In this document: positions 28,315 through 42,288 of the stretch, piece after piece
How positions within the stretch are numbered: position 1 is the stretch's first letter
Layout: each line of letters starts with the position of its first letter
DNA from: the human T2T-CHM13v2.0 reference genome, Homo sapiens
NCBI RefSeq assembly: GCF_009914755.1
Contig: NC_060927.1
Reading direction: 5' to 3' (one strand)
Length of the DNA: 64,000 bases
Program-made: the position numbers and the translations under genes
The notes under the pieces: generated by a model
Seen by the model: only the letters and a program-made list of their open reading frames with translations
Databases searched by the model: none
Told to the model about the DNA's origin: nothing

Positions 28315-29034
28315 AAAATCTAAAAAGCATTTCAAAATTCCTGAAACAATCTACACAATAGTACAATGAGAAGCTCTGTCATCTTCTGATTAAAAAATAA
28401 AAACTGAGGATACAAGAAGTAATTGATGACTCAGATAATTCACTCATCAGTGTAAGAAGAGATACCATTTTACTGTCAGGTACTGTCAAGAGTATATTAA
28501 AATGTTTTTAGTAATCAAAGGCAATGCTACTAGCAACATAGGACTCCAGATACTGAAAATTACTGAGGGTACTACATCCATGTGAAAATTATTGGTGCTG
28601 AGAAAGGCAGATAATATGAGATATACTGGTTGGAAGGACAGAGCAGATTAAAGTTATAGATTATATCTTCTGTTTGTGAGAAATGTCCACAACATACAGC
28701 TTGAACCCAGGTTCTCTAAGCCACATCCACACTACATTCCTCTTAGTTTCCCATGCAAACAATTTCTGTTTTTCCCTGACCTGCTGCAGAGAATGTCCCC
28801 CTTCATGGAACACCATGGACACACCACCACCACCACCTCCTGCTCCCCCATCATCCATTGGCCAACTGTTATTCTTCTCTCAATTCTCAACTACAACACC
28901 ATTTGCTTGGTGAGGCCTTGCCTGACTGTTTAAAATAAGCTTGGGTGCTCTTGCGTACCACTGCCCAAAATTTTCTGTCTTCCCCCTTTCTGAACCATCT
29001 ACTCGTAAGTACTTATCTAATTTTTGGCTCCCCT

Positions 29035-29145
29035 AGAATGGAAGGTCAGAGTACAGTCACCATGTCGATCTTGAGCAATGAATATACTCCACACCTCCCC
29101 CATAGTAAATGCTCAACAAATATTGAATAGATGAATGAATGATAA
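29035..29145 (+). mobile_element. L2 3' end
   Basis: catagtaaatgctcaacaaatattgaatagatgaatgaatga. Confidence 0.65.
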
Positions 29146-30356
29146 ACAAATGCTATACAACCGCTATAGCTAGATGCAAAATACATCATAGTCATCTTGT
29201 TTCTATGGGTCACAAAACCATACAAAAGCCTCCTGGCCACGACATGTGAAATGGAAAAAAGGAGACCTCTAGACAGACTCCCTCAAGCCTGGCAGAGCTT
29301 CAGGCAATGCCTGTATCTTTCCTCCATCCTGGGAACAAGCAGTTCCCTTCGTTGGCTTCGTATTGAGACCATCATACTTGTCTCCTCCCTCTATCTGCTC
29401 AGGGAGCAGCCATCCCCAGCTGGGTGCCTCTTCTCATGACAGGAATGAACACAGACTGTGCCACCACAGACCAAGCTCAGAGAGAAGAATTTAACCACTT
29501 CCCTCCCAAAAACAGGGCAGCTGACCATGTCTGTAGACAAATGTAGCTCTGTGGAATCTGGACTGTCCTCATCTCTTCACGTTCCATTTTTCAAAGGAAT
29601 CTTTGTTTCTAAAATGAACATTTTGAAAACCAGGAATAGAGCATCCAAGTAAGTCAGTATGAATGATCCCACTGGAGGAGATTCCTTTGCTGGAAGAGCA
29701 AAGCTTGCTGGCATTGTGGTGGGACCTCTGTTAACCACTGTCCCCATTTCACACCACACTGATTGAATTATGCCTCTTAGATGGAAAAATATTTTCCCCA
29801 AAACCAAGATGGCACATAAATTGAAGGCAACATACGCAAGAAAGTGGAAGCCACATTTGTCAAATGCAGAGAGGATGAATTAATAAAAGGACAACAAACT
29901 CAAAGGCTACCAAAGAAAAATGGCAAAAAAAAAAAAAAAAAAAAATGACAACCATTTTAAGTCTAGTTGACTTAGCAGGATAACCACACTATTTCTGCTG
30001 ACACTTTAGCCCTGCAATGTATATAACTCTCCCCTTTTTTAAAATCCCTGCTTCTTGGCACCTATACCCTGACTACTGAACCTCTCTTTGGCACTCTCTG
30101 TAGTGACTAATTAGGACCCAGCCCTAGTAATAAAGCAGGGGGCCAACATTTTATCTTAGGATCCTTATTCTCTGAGTGACTATTTCTATGCTAAAAATTA
30201 CTTGCAGTATTTTCCTCTCCACTAAGTACATTTTTAAAATACATTCTACAAAACATTATCTCCACATGTTAAAAGCTGCTAATTCTACATGTTAATTCAA
30301 TCACATCTTTCAATGATATATTCTTACATAACTTCAAGTGAATAATATGTAAAGAG

Positions 30357-30370
30357 ATATCCATAGCAAC
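30357..30370 (-). promoter_or_regulatory. RFX X-box-like motif
   Basis: Reverse strand reads GTTGCTATGGATAT. Motif only. Confidence 0.3.
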
Positions 30371-31676
30371 TTAGAATATAAACAAAAAATGACATATAGA
30401 TTTTAAAGTTTGTGTATGTCCACCATCTGTCAATTAGGTTCACTAAGTAATATATTCATATACTCACAGAGTTATGTATAATCATATTTTTAGATTCAGA
30501 TCAGCAAGAATGCTCAAGTTTAGCACAGCCAAAGGCTGGCTAGAGTGTGGAAAAGTCAGCCCTCTCAAGCTCTGTGGGTGGATGTCTTAAGCAGCACAAC
30601 TCATTTATAAGGGAATGTGGTAAAATTTTAATTAATTGTCCCACCAATCCCACTACTAGGAATTTGTCCAGTGAATTATTTACACAAGGACCTTAGTGTT
30701 TACGTTAAAGGATGTCTATAGCAGCATTATTCAGGGCACACACAAAAAAACCAAAATGTCCAAATCCAGAATAAAGAGGAAATAAGAAAGATAAAAATGA
30801 CCAGGAGTTCAAGCTACAGCTTGAGTGGCAGGGGTGAGGGGTTTTTCATGGTGATGGAAATAGAGATGGCGGGGGTAAAAGGAACACAGAGCAGGTGAGG
30901 AGAGTACTTGTTTATTATTGTAAGGGAACAGTGCCACAGTCTATGCATCCTTTGTCATGGCATATGACAAATTTAACTATAGAACTTTGAGCAACTCTGA
31001 AATTATTATTGTGGCTGCAAGACAGACACACCATGCAAACACTGAAACACGGGTCAAGGCTTTCTAAGAAAAACACCCACACACGGGTTTTAATATGCAA
31101 GTATACCCACAGTTACAAACCAAACATGCATGTATTCTACATACAGACAACTGCACATTATTCTCTTCTACATTCTACTTCCTGGGAGGCCCCAAGAGAT
31201 ACTAATCAAAATAAGTAAATACTAATAAAAATCAGAGAAACCGAATACCCATTATGAGCCAGGAACATGCTAAGGGATTTACATGACCACCAACACAATG
31301 TTGGCAGGTGACCCAGAGTTAACTTTCTCACTGGGAGTGTTATCTCCTATCAACTCTTTTCTTGGCCTCTGATAAGAGGGGACCTGCTCCCATTCCTCAT
31401 ATACCTCCTGCCTATTCCCTTGTTCCCCCTGTCCATGTGTCCTCGGGCAAGTCCTTTCTCATCAACACCCAGCTCTTCTCATATTCTCCTGCTCTCACTC
31501 TTGCCTTCTACCCTATTCCTAGGTTTCTTTAGTAAAATCTCTCAAGATGTTCTCCACTCCCACCATGTGCCCCCTCCTTTTTTCCCCATTTGTTAACTGT
31601 TTCAAAAGGATCCCTGAAGGTATCAGCACACTACTAAGGGGGAAAAAATGAAAAAAGGGGGAAAAAAGCATTATCT

Positions 31677-32183
31677 GACATCTCAAAGCTGGCCTGGCAC
31701 TCACACCAGGCCATGATAATCCACAATTGGACATAATAGTTCTCACAGAACACAACTTCAGACAAGGTTACACTGAGACCATGATAAGGCCACATCATAA
31801 CTTTGTCTAAGCGCAGACAATAATGTCACTGTGCCACCCACAAAATACCAAACACTTCCTTCACTTGGCTAAAATAAGTGACTGCTTCTTATTTACCAAT
31901 GAAAATTTTATCTTTGCTCTCTTGTCTTCATCATAGATAACATTTATTGAGATACCCAATCATAGAATTGTGCCCAATTTCTAATCTGCAGCAAAATCTC
32001 ACTTCTTTAGACCCTTGCCTGAATCACCCAACCCAAACCGAAATCCTAAATTAGGCTTTTGTCTAACACCTTCTTACTAAGGCTCTGCATTGATGCATGT
32101 TCTCCCTCATTACAACAAGTGATAAAACCAATATAATCAACAACAGGTGTGTTCCTGGTACTCTGTGTTTAGGTAGCATTGAC
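31677..32183 (+). mobile_element. Probable solo ERV LTR (old ERV1-type)
   Basis: About 500 bp with TG...CA ends, CCAAT boxes and a caggtgtgttcctgg U5-like end. Subfamily not certain. Confidence 0.45.
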
Positions 32184-32845
32184 ACTAACATCAAAGGGAA
32201 AGGAAGTCCTATGTTCTGAAGAAAAATAGGATGTCATCCTATTGATGCTTCCAGCCCACCAATGACCAGGCAGGCAAACACTCATGCCCAGCTCACAGGG
32301 ATCCAGCTGGAACTTCACATCCTCAGAACCAACAATCTGCCTTCCTAAGCACTAGCATTTATGGCAATCAGAACTGCGCCTCATGCACTTGTGTCATCTT
32401 TCTGTTTATTGAAGTACTATCGCGACAGAGATGCTTTCTACTATTCTACTATTTTTCCAGTGAAAATATGTAATATTTCAGCCAGTGAAAAGAACTCGGA
32501 TCCTAAGCAAATGAAATCTGTTATTTGCTCCAAGATACAAATTACCTACCTACAAAAGATTTAATGACCTATATTTCACTTATAATTGTTCCTATGAGCA
32601 ATCGAGTCTCATTTGGTAACTTAGAGAAAATACTTCCAGCCCACATGCAAGAAGACTGCTTCTGTTTGATTGTTTTTAATTAATCCTCTGCAAGGAACCG
32701 AGTTTTGTTTGCCATCATCTCCCCAGCACCTAGCACCATGCCTAGTGGTGCTAGAAATATAACAGAGGCTCAAAATATTTGCTAACGTTCTGTAGTTGTA
32801 CAAAATTAAAAGTGCACGAAAAGTGGTTATTAAAAGACAGGGAAG

Positions 32846-32960
32846 ATACTCAGGAGGCTGAGGCCGGAGAAAGGCCTGAGTCCAGGAGTTCAAAACTGCA
32901 GTGTGCTATGACATTGTCACCGCACTCCAGCCTGGGCAACAGAGTGAGACCTCATCTCTC
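32846..32960 (+). mobile_element. Alu monomer (FRAM/FLAM or AluJ right arm)
   Basis: tactcaggaggctgagg...cactccagcctgggcaacagagtgagacc, flanked by taaaagacagg direct repeats. Confidence 0.85.
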
Positions 32961-34059
32961 TCTGTCTCTCTCTCTATATATATACATAAAAAGACAGGAA
33001 AGAGATGTGAAAAGGTGAAGTTTTAGAGGTATGATGAGATAGTACAAGGCACTACGGGAATGACAAATGGGTCTCCACCCTACTCCCAGGCTACACTCTC
33101 AACTGGTGGCCAGGGAGAAAGAGCATATAAACACTCCTGTCTACAAGTCCTAGACTCACTAGCTCTCTTCTCCGTCTTAACTCCTAACATCCTTCTTGGC
33201 AACCTCCACCTTCCTACAACAGACTCATCCAAACTCCCTGGGCCTCTTATTTTTTACCCTTCTTCTCCAATAATGTTTTAATTTGCTGTATTGTAGATGC
33301 CCATGATTACTCCAAAGACATTGGCAGCACCCAAAACTGCCCCTTGTTTAAAATTCTTATGCAAACACACTTCTCTTTAAACTCACTTTACCTCCAGCTT
33401 ACTTGCTCAACTACCTCCACCTCAGTGTGCTCTGTAACCTACAGATCCCACCACATTCTCATCAGCTCTCCCTAATCATTCCCCCACTGGCCCTGCTTGG
33501 ATTCCAAGTCACTCATCATAACCACTCCTTTGCAAATACCCTCACATCCTTTCCTCCTCTTGTCCCATAGAATTCACCTCCATTCTTAATGTTAAATACA
33601 GATACAGTGTGTTCTGTTACAAGATCTGTTTTCATAAAACCAATGAGCTCAAATGTAATTGGTGAACAGGGGAATGAATTCACTATAATGTGGAAGTTGC
33701 ATCGGTTCCTGGGCAGTTTTTCTAAAGCAATGGGGAGTAAGGTATAGGAGCACACTGACAGCCTCCAACAGGAAAGAAAGCAAACAGCTTTCAGTTCGGC
33801 TAAAATCCTCTCTGCTCTTTTTTTTTTTTTAATTAAAAAAAAAATCCCTTTAGCATGTGAAGGTCCCTCCCTACAAGGGCATACCCCAGGTTTACTGGAT
33901 GTCACGTTGTACCAAATTGTACTTCTCCCTGTGCCCTCCCGAACAGAAGCCCCCCTGACTCCGCTTTGCTTCCATCTGCACTGCCTCTGCACCCAAAAAC
34001 TAGTTTTCCACCCTACTCTTTCTTGTGCCTTTGTATTATCTCATGAGACTGACAGCACC

Positions 34060-35205
34060 ATGAGCTGGTGAGGATGTGACACTAGAACATCTACGTGGTG
34101 CTGGTGGGAATGCAAATCAGGAAAACCACTGGGAAAACGATTTAGCAGTATCTACCAAACTACTTTGTGCCCCAGAAATTCCACCCAAGAGAAATGAGCG
34201 AAGATGTCCACCAAAAGATACGCACAAGAATGCTCATAGCAGCACTACATAGAATAAACAAAAGCAGGAAACAACTACATCATCAACAGGGGACTGGATA
34301 AGCAAGTTGTGGTATATTCACATAATGGGAAATTGCACAATAATAAAACATAAGTTACAGATATGGATAACAACATGAAAGAATTTCATAGACATGACCA
34401 TGAGAGAAGAAGTCAAACACAAAAGTAGATACAATAGAAATCCATGTATGTGAACCTCAAGGGCTGGCAGAAGAGTGATTACCTCGAGGAGACAATACTG
34501 ATGGGGAGGGGCATAGTGGTCTGCTGGGGACAGGAAACTTCCTATATTTTCATCTGAGTGGTGATGATATAAATGTAAATTTTTTTATTCGTCATTTCTA
34601 ACTGTGGTAAAATATACATAATATTTACCATCTCAACCATTTTTCCCTGTAGATTTCAGTGGAATAAGTACATTCACTTTGTTGTGCAACCGTCACCACC
34701 ATCCATCTCCGGAACTTCCCAAATTGAAATTCCATGTTCATTAAACAATAATTCTCCCTTCTCTCATGTCCTACCCTTGTACCAGCTATTGGCAACCATC
34801 ATTCTACTTCCTGTCTCTATGAATCTGACTGCTCTAAGTACTTCATATAAGCAGAATCATACAGTATTTGCCTTTGTGTGATTTCACTTAGCATAATGTC
34901 CTTAAGTTTCATCCATGTCTAGCTTCTGTTGGAACTTCCTTCCATTTTAAGTCTGAATAATATTCCATTTTATGTCTATATCACCTTTTGTTTTGCCATT
35001 CAATTGCTGATGCATGCCTCAGTTGCATCTACCTGTTGGCTACTGTAAATATTGCTGCTATGCACATGGTGTACAAGTATCTGAGTTTCTGCTTTCAGTT
35101 CTTTGGTGTATGTACCCAGAGGGTATAAAAATTACTTTAATTCATCAAACTGTATGTTTAAGATGTGTATACTTTACTGATTTGTACGTTATGCATTTTT
35201 AAAAG
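34060..35205 (+). mobile_element. Old L1ME/MC 3' region, interrupted by an antisense L1MB-type fragment (~34580-35120)
   Basis: Sense: gctggtgggaatgcaaa...aaccactgggaaaac...gttgtggtatattcac. Antisense block: tttaccatctcaaccattt...ggcaaccatcattctacttcctgtctctatgaat. Sense resumes with ttcatcaaactgta... Confidence 0.7.
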
Positions 35206-36236
35206 TGTAAAATAACTAAAGAGCAATGACAACAACAAAAATATCCCCCAAAATATCTTCCAGCTGCACTTAGATGCCTACTTGGGCCGCCTTTATGGCT
35301 TTTTGGGGGATGGGGTAGGGCAGGGAGGGGTTCCAGTTCATGTTTTTGTTAATGCTTTGGTTATAATGGGTAAGAGTCCATACCAGTCCTATTTTTCCCA
35401 CAAGCCCCAATCCTAATATTAATGCATAATTTTACAGAATGCTTTTTTCCAGAACTTCACGTACTTTGTTATAATATTTAAAATATACCCAACATATACT
35501 TATTTGGCATATATTTACCAAGTGCCAGGCATTATTCCTATTTATTGAGGATACAGCAGTGAACAAAACAGACAAAAAGGCCTTGCCTTTTAAGGGCTTG
35601 CACACTAATAGATAAATGTTTTTAATAGGTACTCATATGTTATTTATCAACAGTTCCCCCATGGCATATAAACTCCATGAGGGCAAGTTCTGTCCTATGT
35701 CCACTCCTAAGCACAGTGCATTATACATAGAAGGTGCTTCTACCATTCTTAGAGCTATCATTCTTAAAGCACTTTTGGCCAACCTCTGGATTTCACAGAT
35801 AAAGGCAGTTTCAGAGAAATGATAATAGCAGCCCAAGTCACACTGTTAATAAATATCCAACCGGAATGGAACTAGGACTCTTTCATACAGAACAGGACAA
35901 ACTGTAAGAGCTAAGGGTTCTTAGATATGATACTTAAGTACAAAGTCTGAAGGGGTTTTAGTCTTTGCTCAGAGAATCATTCAAGAAGAAAAACAGTAAC
36001 AAGCTAAAGCAATCAAAGATAATGAGGCAGTCCTTGCCATTTTTTCCAGAAGGCTTCTAGTCTTATTATGAGGCTTATTAATTACTTAAGCAGAAGACAT
36101 GATGTGGATTGAGACATCTCTAATAATAAATGAAAAATGAGAGTAAATTTTATTGTGCAAGGAATTGAAAACATTCTAACTAGTACATGGAATTAGGAAC
36201 ATTCTGAGGCTCAGCTCTAAAAACTCTATAGGTTAG

Positions 36237-36597
<361 letters not shown>

Positions 36598-36825
36598 TAA
36601 TAATTTAAGCAGAAGACATAATGCTGATTAAGACATCTCTGATGATAAATAGAAAATGAGAATATACTTCATCGTTCTTAAATAGCATCCATCACACTAT
36701 TGAGCCTTAAATTTAGTAAGTAAAATAATTTATCAAACCCATTATTTGAAAAGGTGATAAAGCCAATTTCAAAACCAGTAGTAAATAAAGCAGGACTGCA
36801 TCCATGTATCACCCATTAAATTGGG

Positions 36826-36963
36826 GGTTTTTTGTTTGTTTTTTGTAAAGATGGGGTCTTGTCATCTTGCCCAGGTTGATCTAGAACTCCTGGGCTCAAG
36901 CACTCTTCTTGTCTCAGCCTACCAAAGTGCTGGGATTACAGACATGAGCCGCCACAGTTGGCC
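36826..36963 (-). mobile_element. Alu left-arm monomer (FLAM-like)
   Basis: gaactcctgggctcaag...aaagtgctgggattaca, single arm only. Confidence 0.85.
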
Positions 36964-37389
36964 TAAAGTGGTTTTAAAAGCATTCAAATTATTATAAATA
37001 GGGTATTCCCTTAGAATTCTTGAATTCAAAGTCATTGCTCAGGAAAAAAAAAAGAATTTTATAATTTATGTATTGCAGAATTATGTATGTAAGAAAACAT
37101 TGCCTTCTTAATAGCTAGAGCTAAATGAAACATTTGTGCTTTTTGGAAGCATTTTATTGTTAGAGTAGGAGAAAAAGATAAACTCAAAATTGTGTCAAAA
37201 AATGGAAACAGTATAAATGGCATTCACATGTTCTTTGCCACTTCTCTCAGTATCTCCAGGACACACATTACCTCTTATACATATTATTGAAATAGTTTTT
37301 AGGCCTATTTCACCCAAGTGATAAGAAAATTAAAAATAGGATTAAAATATGCATCAGGTGCTGCCTAAGGGCAAAGTATCATGACATGG

Positions 37390-37540
37390 TGTTTTATCTT
37401 CTTTCAATCCTCACAATAACCCTAAGAAGTAGGAACTATTATTACTCCCATTTTACAGATATGGAAACTGAGGCTTAGACCTATTTTAGTTGAAATTCAA
37501 ACTAGGACAGTCTGATTCCAGGGCTCATGCCTTTAAGCAT
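37390..37540 (-). mobile_element. MIR SINE
   Basis: aatcctcacaataaccct...cccattttacagatatggaaactgaggctt. Confidence 0.85.
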
Positions 37541-38372
37541 TATAATATATACATGTATCATAGCTTCTGCTCTGACGCCAGATTAAGCTCGCTAAACTGT
37601 GGTGCTCCAATACCCTGGATGACTCCTTCTGCATTAAGAAAAGAATTATTTTACCAAGCATTCAAAACCCTCCCTGCCCTGACCCCAAAACCTATCTTTG
37701 AAGGCCAATCTCTTGCACTTCTATCATTGACTGAGCATTCTTTTCTCAATATACAAAAGACTTTCCAAGCCTTTCACCTGTGTACACACTCTTCTCTCAG
37801 GAATGCCCTTCCAATTCATCTTTTCCAGTCAAATCGCAACACATTATCTGAGACCTGGCTCAGAAGCCACCACCTGCCATTGTGGCATTCCCTCAACCAA
37901 CTATGCATGTGGGGATAGCATCTAGACTGGCTACCTTGTATGCAAACATTACAATTAGAACTCCATGACAGTTCATGATGTAAGTATACACAATGCATTA
38001 TAAATTACAGTTGTTGAACTTGAGACAATTATACAGAGGTTAGAGTTATGATACATTTATCTGCACTGAACATATTCCTCTTTTTTGAGCCATAGAGAAC
38101 CAGGTCATGCCTGATAGCCTGAATTTCAGCAGCTAAGCACTACCGTCAGCTGATCTCTTCATGAAAAATAATATTAAAATTGTCAATAGTGACTTCACTA
38201 ACAGACCCACAGCCTAGTTACTGAGCATCAGACCATTTCTCTCATAGATCCCCTAGATAAGAAAGGAAAATCATTCTAAAAAATTAACTCTTCAGTTGCC
38301 TCCACACAAAATGAGGTAAGCAATAACAAACTAGAAAAAAAAATCTTTATAGAATGTAAGACCTAGACATAG

Positions 38373-38671
38373 TTTTTTTTTTTTCTTTTTTGAAACAAAG
38401 TCTTGCCCTGTTGCCCAGGCTGGAGTGCAGTGGCATGATCATAGCTCACCATAGTCTCAAACTTCAGTGTATAATTGATCCTCCTGCCTCAGCCTCCCAA
38501 GCAGCTGGGACTACAGGCATGCACCACCACTCCTGGCTTTTTTTTTTTTTTTTTTGACAGAGCTGGGGTCTCTGTTTCCCAGGCTAGTCTTGAACTCCTG
38601 GCCTCAAGGAATCCTCCTGCCTCAGTCTCCCAAAGTGCTGGGATTATGGATGTAAGCCACCATGCCTGGCC
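38373..38671 (-). mobile_element. AluJ SINE
   Basis: Reverse dimer with catgatcatagctcac J diagnostics. Confidence 0.92.
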
Positions 38672-39119
38672 TATATTTTGTTAATTATAAACCAAAACAA
38701 TCCAAAATAAGAAACAAAAATCCACTCTAAAATAAAAATAAATATATAAATAAATAATCCTCTCTTACCTAGATACATTAGATCAATTCAAGGAGAATAG
38801 TTTTGGGACAGTCTCCCAAACCAAGCACGGTGCCTCTCTAAGGGCTTTTTCCTAACAATCTATAATTTTCCTTCTTTTATCTTTCAGAAAACATCCTTGT
38901 GTGTGCTCCAGTAGCCTCCATTCCAGGTCTACGCATGATTATCTGGGTCTATGAATGCCTGGGACTTCATCCTTGTGCTACAAGTCACAATCTCAACAGG
39001 ACACATACAGAGATAAAATGCTCAACCAGCAACCCAAAGAAAAAACTGAAAGTGAAGTGGCCAGGGCCATGATGTTGCTCTGCTATCCTCTATCACACAT
39101 CATCAGAAATACCCTCACC

Positions 39120-39575
39120 TCTGTAGTCCTTGATTCACTCCCAATTTAAAATGTTTCCATGGATTCCCACTGTATTTACATCCAAGACCTACTCCACCAC
39201 ACTCTTTGCTGCACCTTCTACACACTAGAATTCTTCAGTTCCTCAAGAGCACCAGGGCCTTCTGCCTCAGACCTTCAAACATGCCCTTCCTCATTATCTC
39301 CCGTTTCCGAATAATTCTCATTCAGCCTTCAGAGCTCAACCCAAAAATCACTTCCTCGAAAAAACCCTCCTGAACACCCCTTCAGATATGCATTGGCACT
39401 TTCTTTTTATAACACCACGTATGCAACTAAATACAACTAAATACTTGTTTATCTGGTTGTTTAATGTCTGTCTCCATGGAACACAGCTCTCTGAGGGTAT
39501 GGACTTTAATGGGGTTTACTGGCTGTTAAATTCCCAGTGCCTGTAGATGCTCAATCAATATTGCCAAATGGATGG
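39120..39575 (+). mobile_element. L2 3' region
   Basis: cagagctcaacccaaaaatcacttcctc...cagctctctgagggt...cagtgcctgtagatgctcaatcaatatt. Confidence 0.65.
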
Positions 39576-39659
39576 GTTTCCCTGTCAGACCCTAAGTCAT
39601 AATTTCTGTCATGGAAAATAAAGTCAACATTTGTAAACAGACTTCATTTTGGTCACCAT

Positions 39660-40460
39660 TGTATTAATTTCCTATTGCTGCTGTTACAAATTACCATAAA
39701 CTTAAAAATTACCATAAATTTAACAGCTTACAACAACACAAGTCCAGGCACAGTGGCTCACGCCTATAATCCCAGCACTTTGGGAGGCCAAGGCGGGCAG
39801 ATCACCTGAGGTCAGGAGTTTGAGACCAGCCTGGCCAACATGGTGAAACCCCATCTCTACTAAAAATACAAAATTAAATCTACTAAAAATACAAAAATTA
39901 GCCGGGAGTGGTGGCAGGTGCCTATAATCCCAGCTACTCCAGAGGCTGATGCAGGAGAATTGCTTGACCCCAGGAGCTGGAGGTTGCAGTAAGCCAAGAT
40001 CACAAGACTCCGTCTCAACAACCAAAAAAAAAAAAAAACATTTTTGCTCTCCTATGTTTCTGGAGATAACAAGTCCAAAATGGGTCTCACTAGGTTATAA
40101 GCAAAGTGTCAACAGGGCTGCATTCCTTGTGAAGGCTCTAGAGGTTAATCTGTTCCTTTGCCTTCCCCACCTTCTAGAGGTGGTCCGTATTGCTTGGCTC
40201 ATGGGCATCGACCATCTTCAAAGCCAGCAATCACATCAATCTGACCTCTGTCTCTACCATCACATCTCCTTCTCTGACTCCAACCCTCTTGCCTCACTCT
40301 TCACTTTTAAGGAACCCTGTAATTACATTGGGCTCACTTGTATAATCTAGGATAGTCTCCTCATCTTACAATCTTTAATTAAACCACACCCACAAGATCC
40401 TATTGTCATGTAAAATAACATAATCACAGGTTTTGGAGATCCAGATGTCCTCATCTTTAG
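39660..40460 (-). mobile_element. MLT1 LTR interrupted by an Alu
   Basis: tgtattaatttcctattgctgctgttacaaattacca...cagggctgcattcctt...gtaattacattgggctcac...cacaggttttggaga. Confidence 0.85.
39742..40037 (+). mobile_element. AluS SINE with duplicated linker and right-arm deletion
   Basis: cacctgaggtcaggagtttgagacc. tctactaaaaatacaaaa occurs twice, and the ccactgcactccagcctggg block is missing. Confidence 0.93.
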
Positions 40461-40976
40461 GGAGATACGCCTGAAAGTGTTTTATTTAATGTGCCTCTTT
40501 CCTTACAGGAATCCTAATAACAACAACAATAATAGGAATGATAATCTACTACAATTCTATATCTTAGAGAATCACTATAAAAACTCAAGTACAGGCAAGA
40601 CAAAGAGTAGCAGCATGAAATAAACTCAATTCACTCTTTTCTTGAAATGATTTCTCAGGTCCTGTACATCTCAGATGATTCACTCAATCCAAAGCAACTG
40701 CCTTAATAGCCAAAAAATGGAATGTAGTAAAATGGCACATACAACTAAAGAGGATGGCTTTTCCCTTCAGTGGGTTTTTTTATAAGTTCAAATGGGTAAT
40801 TGGAGAGCTGGGAATTTAATTCCATTAGATTTTATAAGTTGTATAACAACATCCCAAAAATGCAATTCCATTAGATAAACTATTACTAAAGGCAAAGGTC
40901 TTGGCCCACAGTTCTTAACATTTTTTAGACCATGAACCCTGGAATTTCTGGGACATTCAGATGGTTAATGGGAATT

Positions 40977-41357
40977 GTCTTAGTACATTTTGCATGGTTA
41001 TAACAGAATATCAGAGACTGGGTAATTTATAATGAACAGAAATTTATTTATCCTGGTTCTGGAGACTGGAAAGTCCAAGATTGAGGGGCCAGCATCTGGT
41101 GAGAGCCTTCTTGCTGCATTGTCCAAAGGCAGAAGGGCCGAGAGGATGAGACAAAGAGATCAAAGGGGGAAGGTGAGATAAAGAGACCAAACTCATCCTT
41201 TTATAAGAAACTCCTGTGAGAACAGCATTAATCTACACATAAGGACAGTGTCCCCACTAACCAAACACCTCCCATTAGACTACACCTCCCAACATCACCA
41301 CACTGGGAATCAAGTTTCCAACACATAAATTTAGGGGGACACATTCAAACCATAGCA
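40977..41357 (-). mobile_element. MST/MLT1A-type solo LTR
   Basis: tgtcttagt...gactgggtaatttataatgaacagaaattt...gggggacacattcaaaccatagca. 5-bp flanks ggaat/ggtat. Confidence 0.88.
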
Positions 41358-41783
41358 GGTATTAAGATAGAGTGGTTTCAGTTGGGATACAGACATCATG
41401 ACAAGTATTAGCAGCAACAGCATTTTTCCCTATAGCCTTGAAACAATCAATGCTTCCCGATCTCTTTAGGGTTTATGGTAGAACAACTGCTTTCACAAAG
41501 AGCCTTCCCTGTCCAGAGTCCTTTGGTCTGTACAACCTCTCCCCCTACCCCCAATCCCACTTTTAATTTATTTTTACCTTATGCATACAACAATCATTCA
41601 ACAACTATCACTGAATACCTACTCAATTCCAAGCTGAAAACTGAGATGTAACAGTAAACAAGATAGGTATGGCCCCTGTCCACATGAAGCTTTCATTTCT
41701 ACTGAGAACACAAAAGAAATAATTACACAAACAGTTGTAATAGTGATATTTGCTACTTGCCATGTAGAACTCAGAGTGAAGTC

Positions 41784-41821
41784 ACAAAATGAATACACAT
41801 GGACAAAATGAATACACATGG
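41784..41821. repeat. Perfect 2 x 19-bp tandem duplication
   Basis: acaaaatgaatacacatgg twice. Confidence 0.95.
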
Positions 41822-42082
41822 GCAAGGCAAAATTTGGCCTAGCATTGTAGATAGTTGCCAATGCTTTTTTGAAAAATAAGATTTCACAATAAAATAAGAG
41901 TTTTCTTGTACTCTTTTTAAAAATTCATTGGAACTGAGTAGCAGCTGCCCCTTTTTGATAGGGCATATGGTTTCTGGTTTTCCACCATTCTCAACACTCC
42001 CTTCTGTCTCCCTGACCGAGTCCAAGTTCCAGACCCCATTTTTCATCCCATTTATGCTGCTATTTTTCCCATAGACCTGCAA

Positions 42083-42288
42083 AGTCCAATGCAGTAGCCA
42101 CTAACCACAAATGACTATTTAAATTTAAATTTTACATAATTAAATGTGAAATATAATTAAAAGTTCAGGTCCTTATTTGCACCAGCCACATTTTAAGTAC
42201 TAATAGCCACATGTGGCTAGCGGCTACCATAATGGATCAGGCAGATATAGAGCACTTCCATCATCACAGAAAGTTCTGCTGTCAACAA
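42083..42288. mobile_element. MER3-type hAT-Charlie MITE
   Basis: gtagccactaaccac...tagccacatgtggctagcggctaccata...catcatcacagaaagttct. Confidence 0.85.

Noticed and set aside
29880-29945. AATAAA followed by a poly(A) run as a processed pseudogene end
   Set aside because: I found no convincing TSD or upstream coding homology, so it is likely a simple A tract.
33516-33992. 158-aa minus-strand ORF
   Set aside because: It runs through poly(A)/poly(T) tracts and shows no protein similarity or exon signals.
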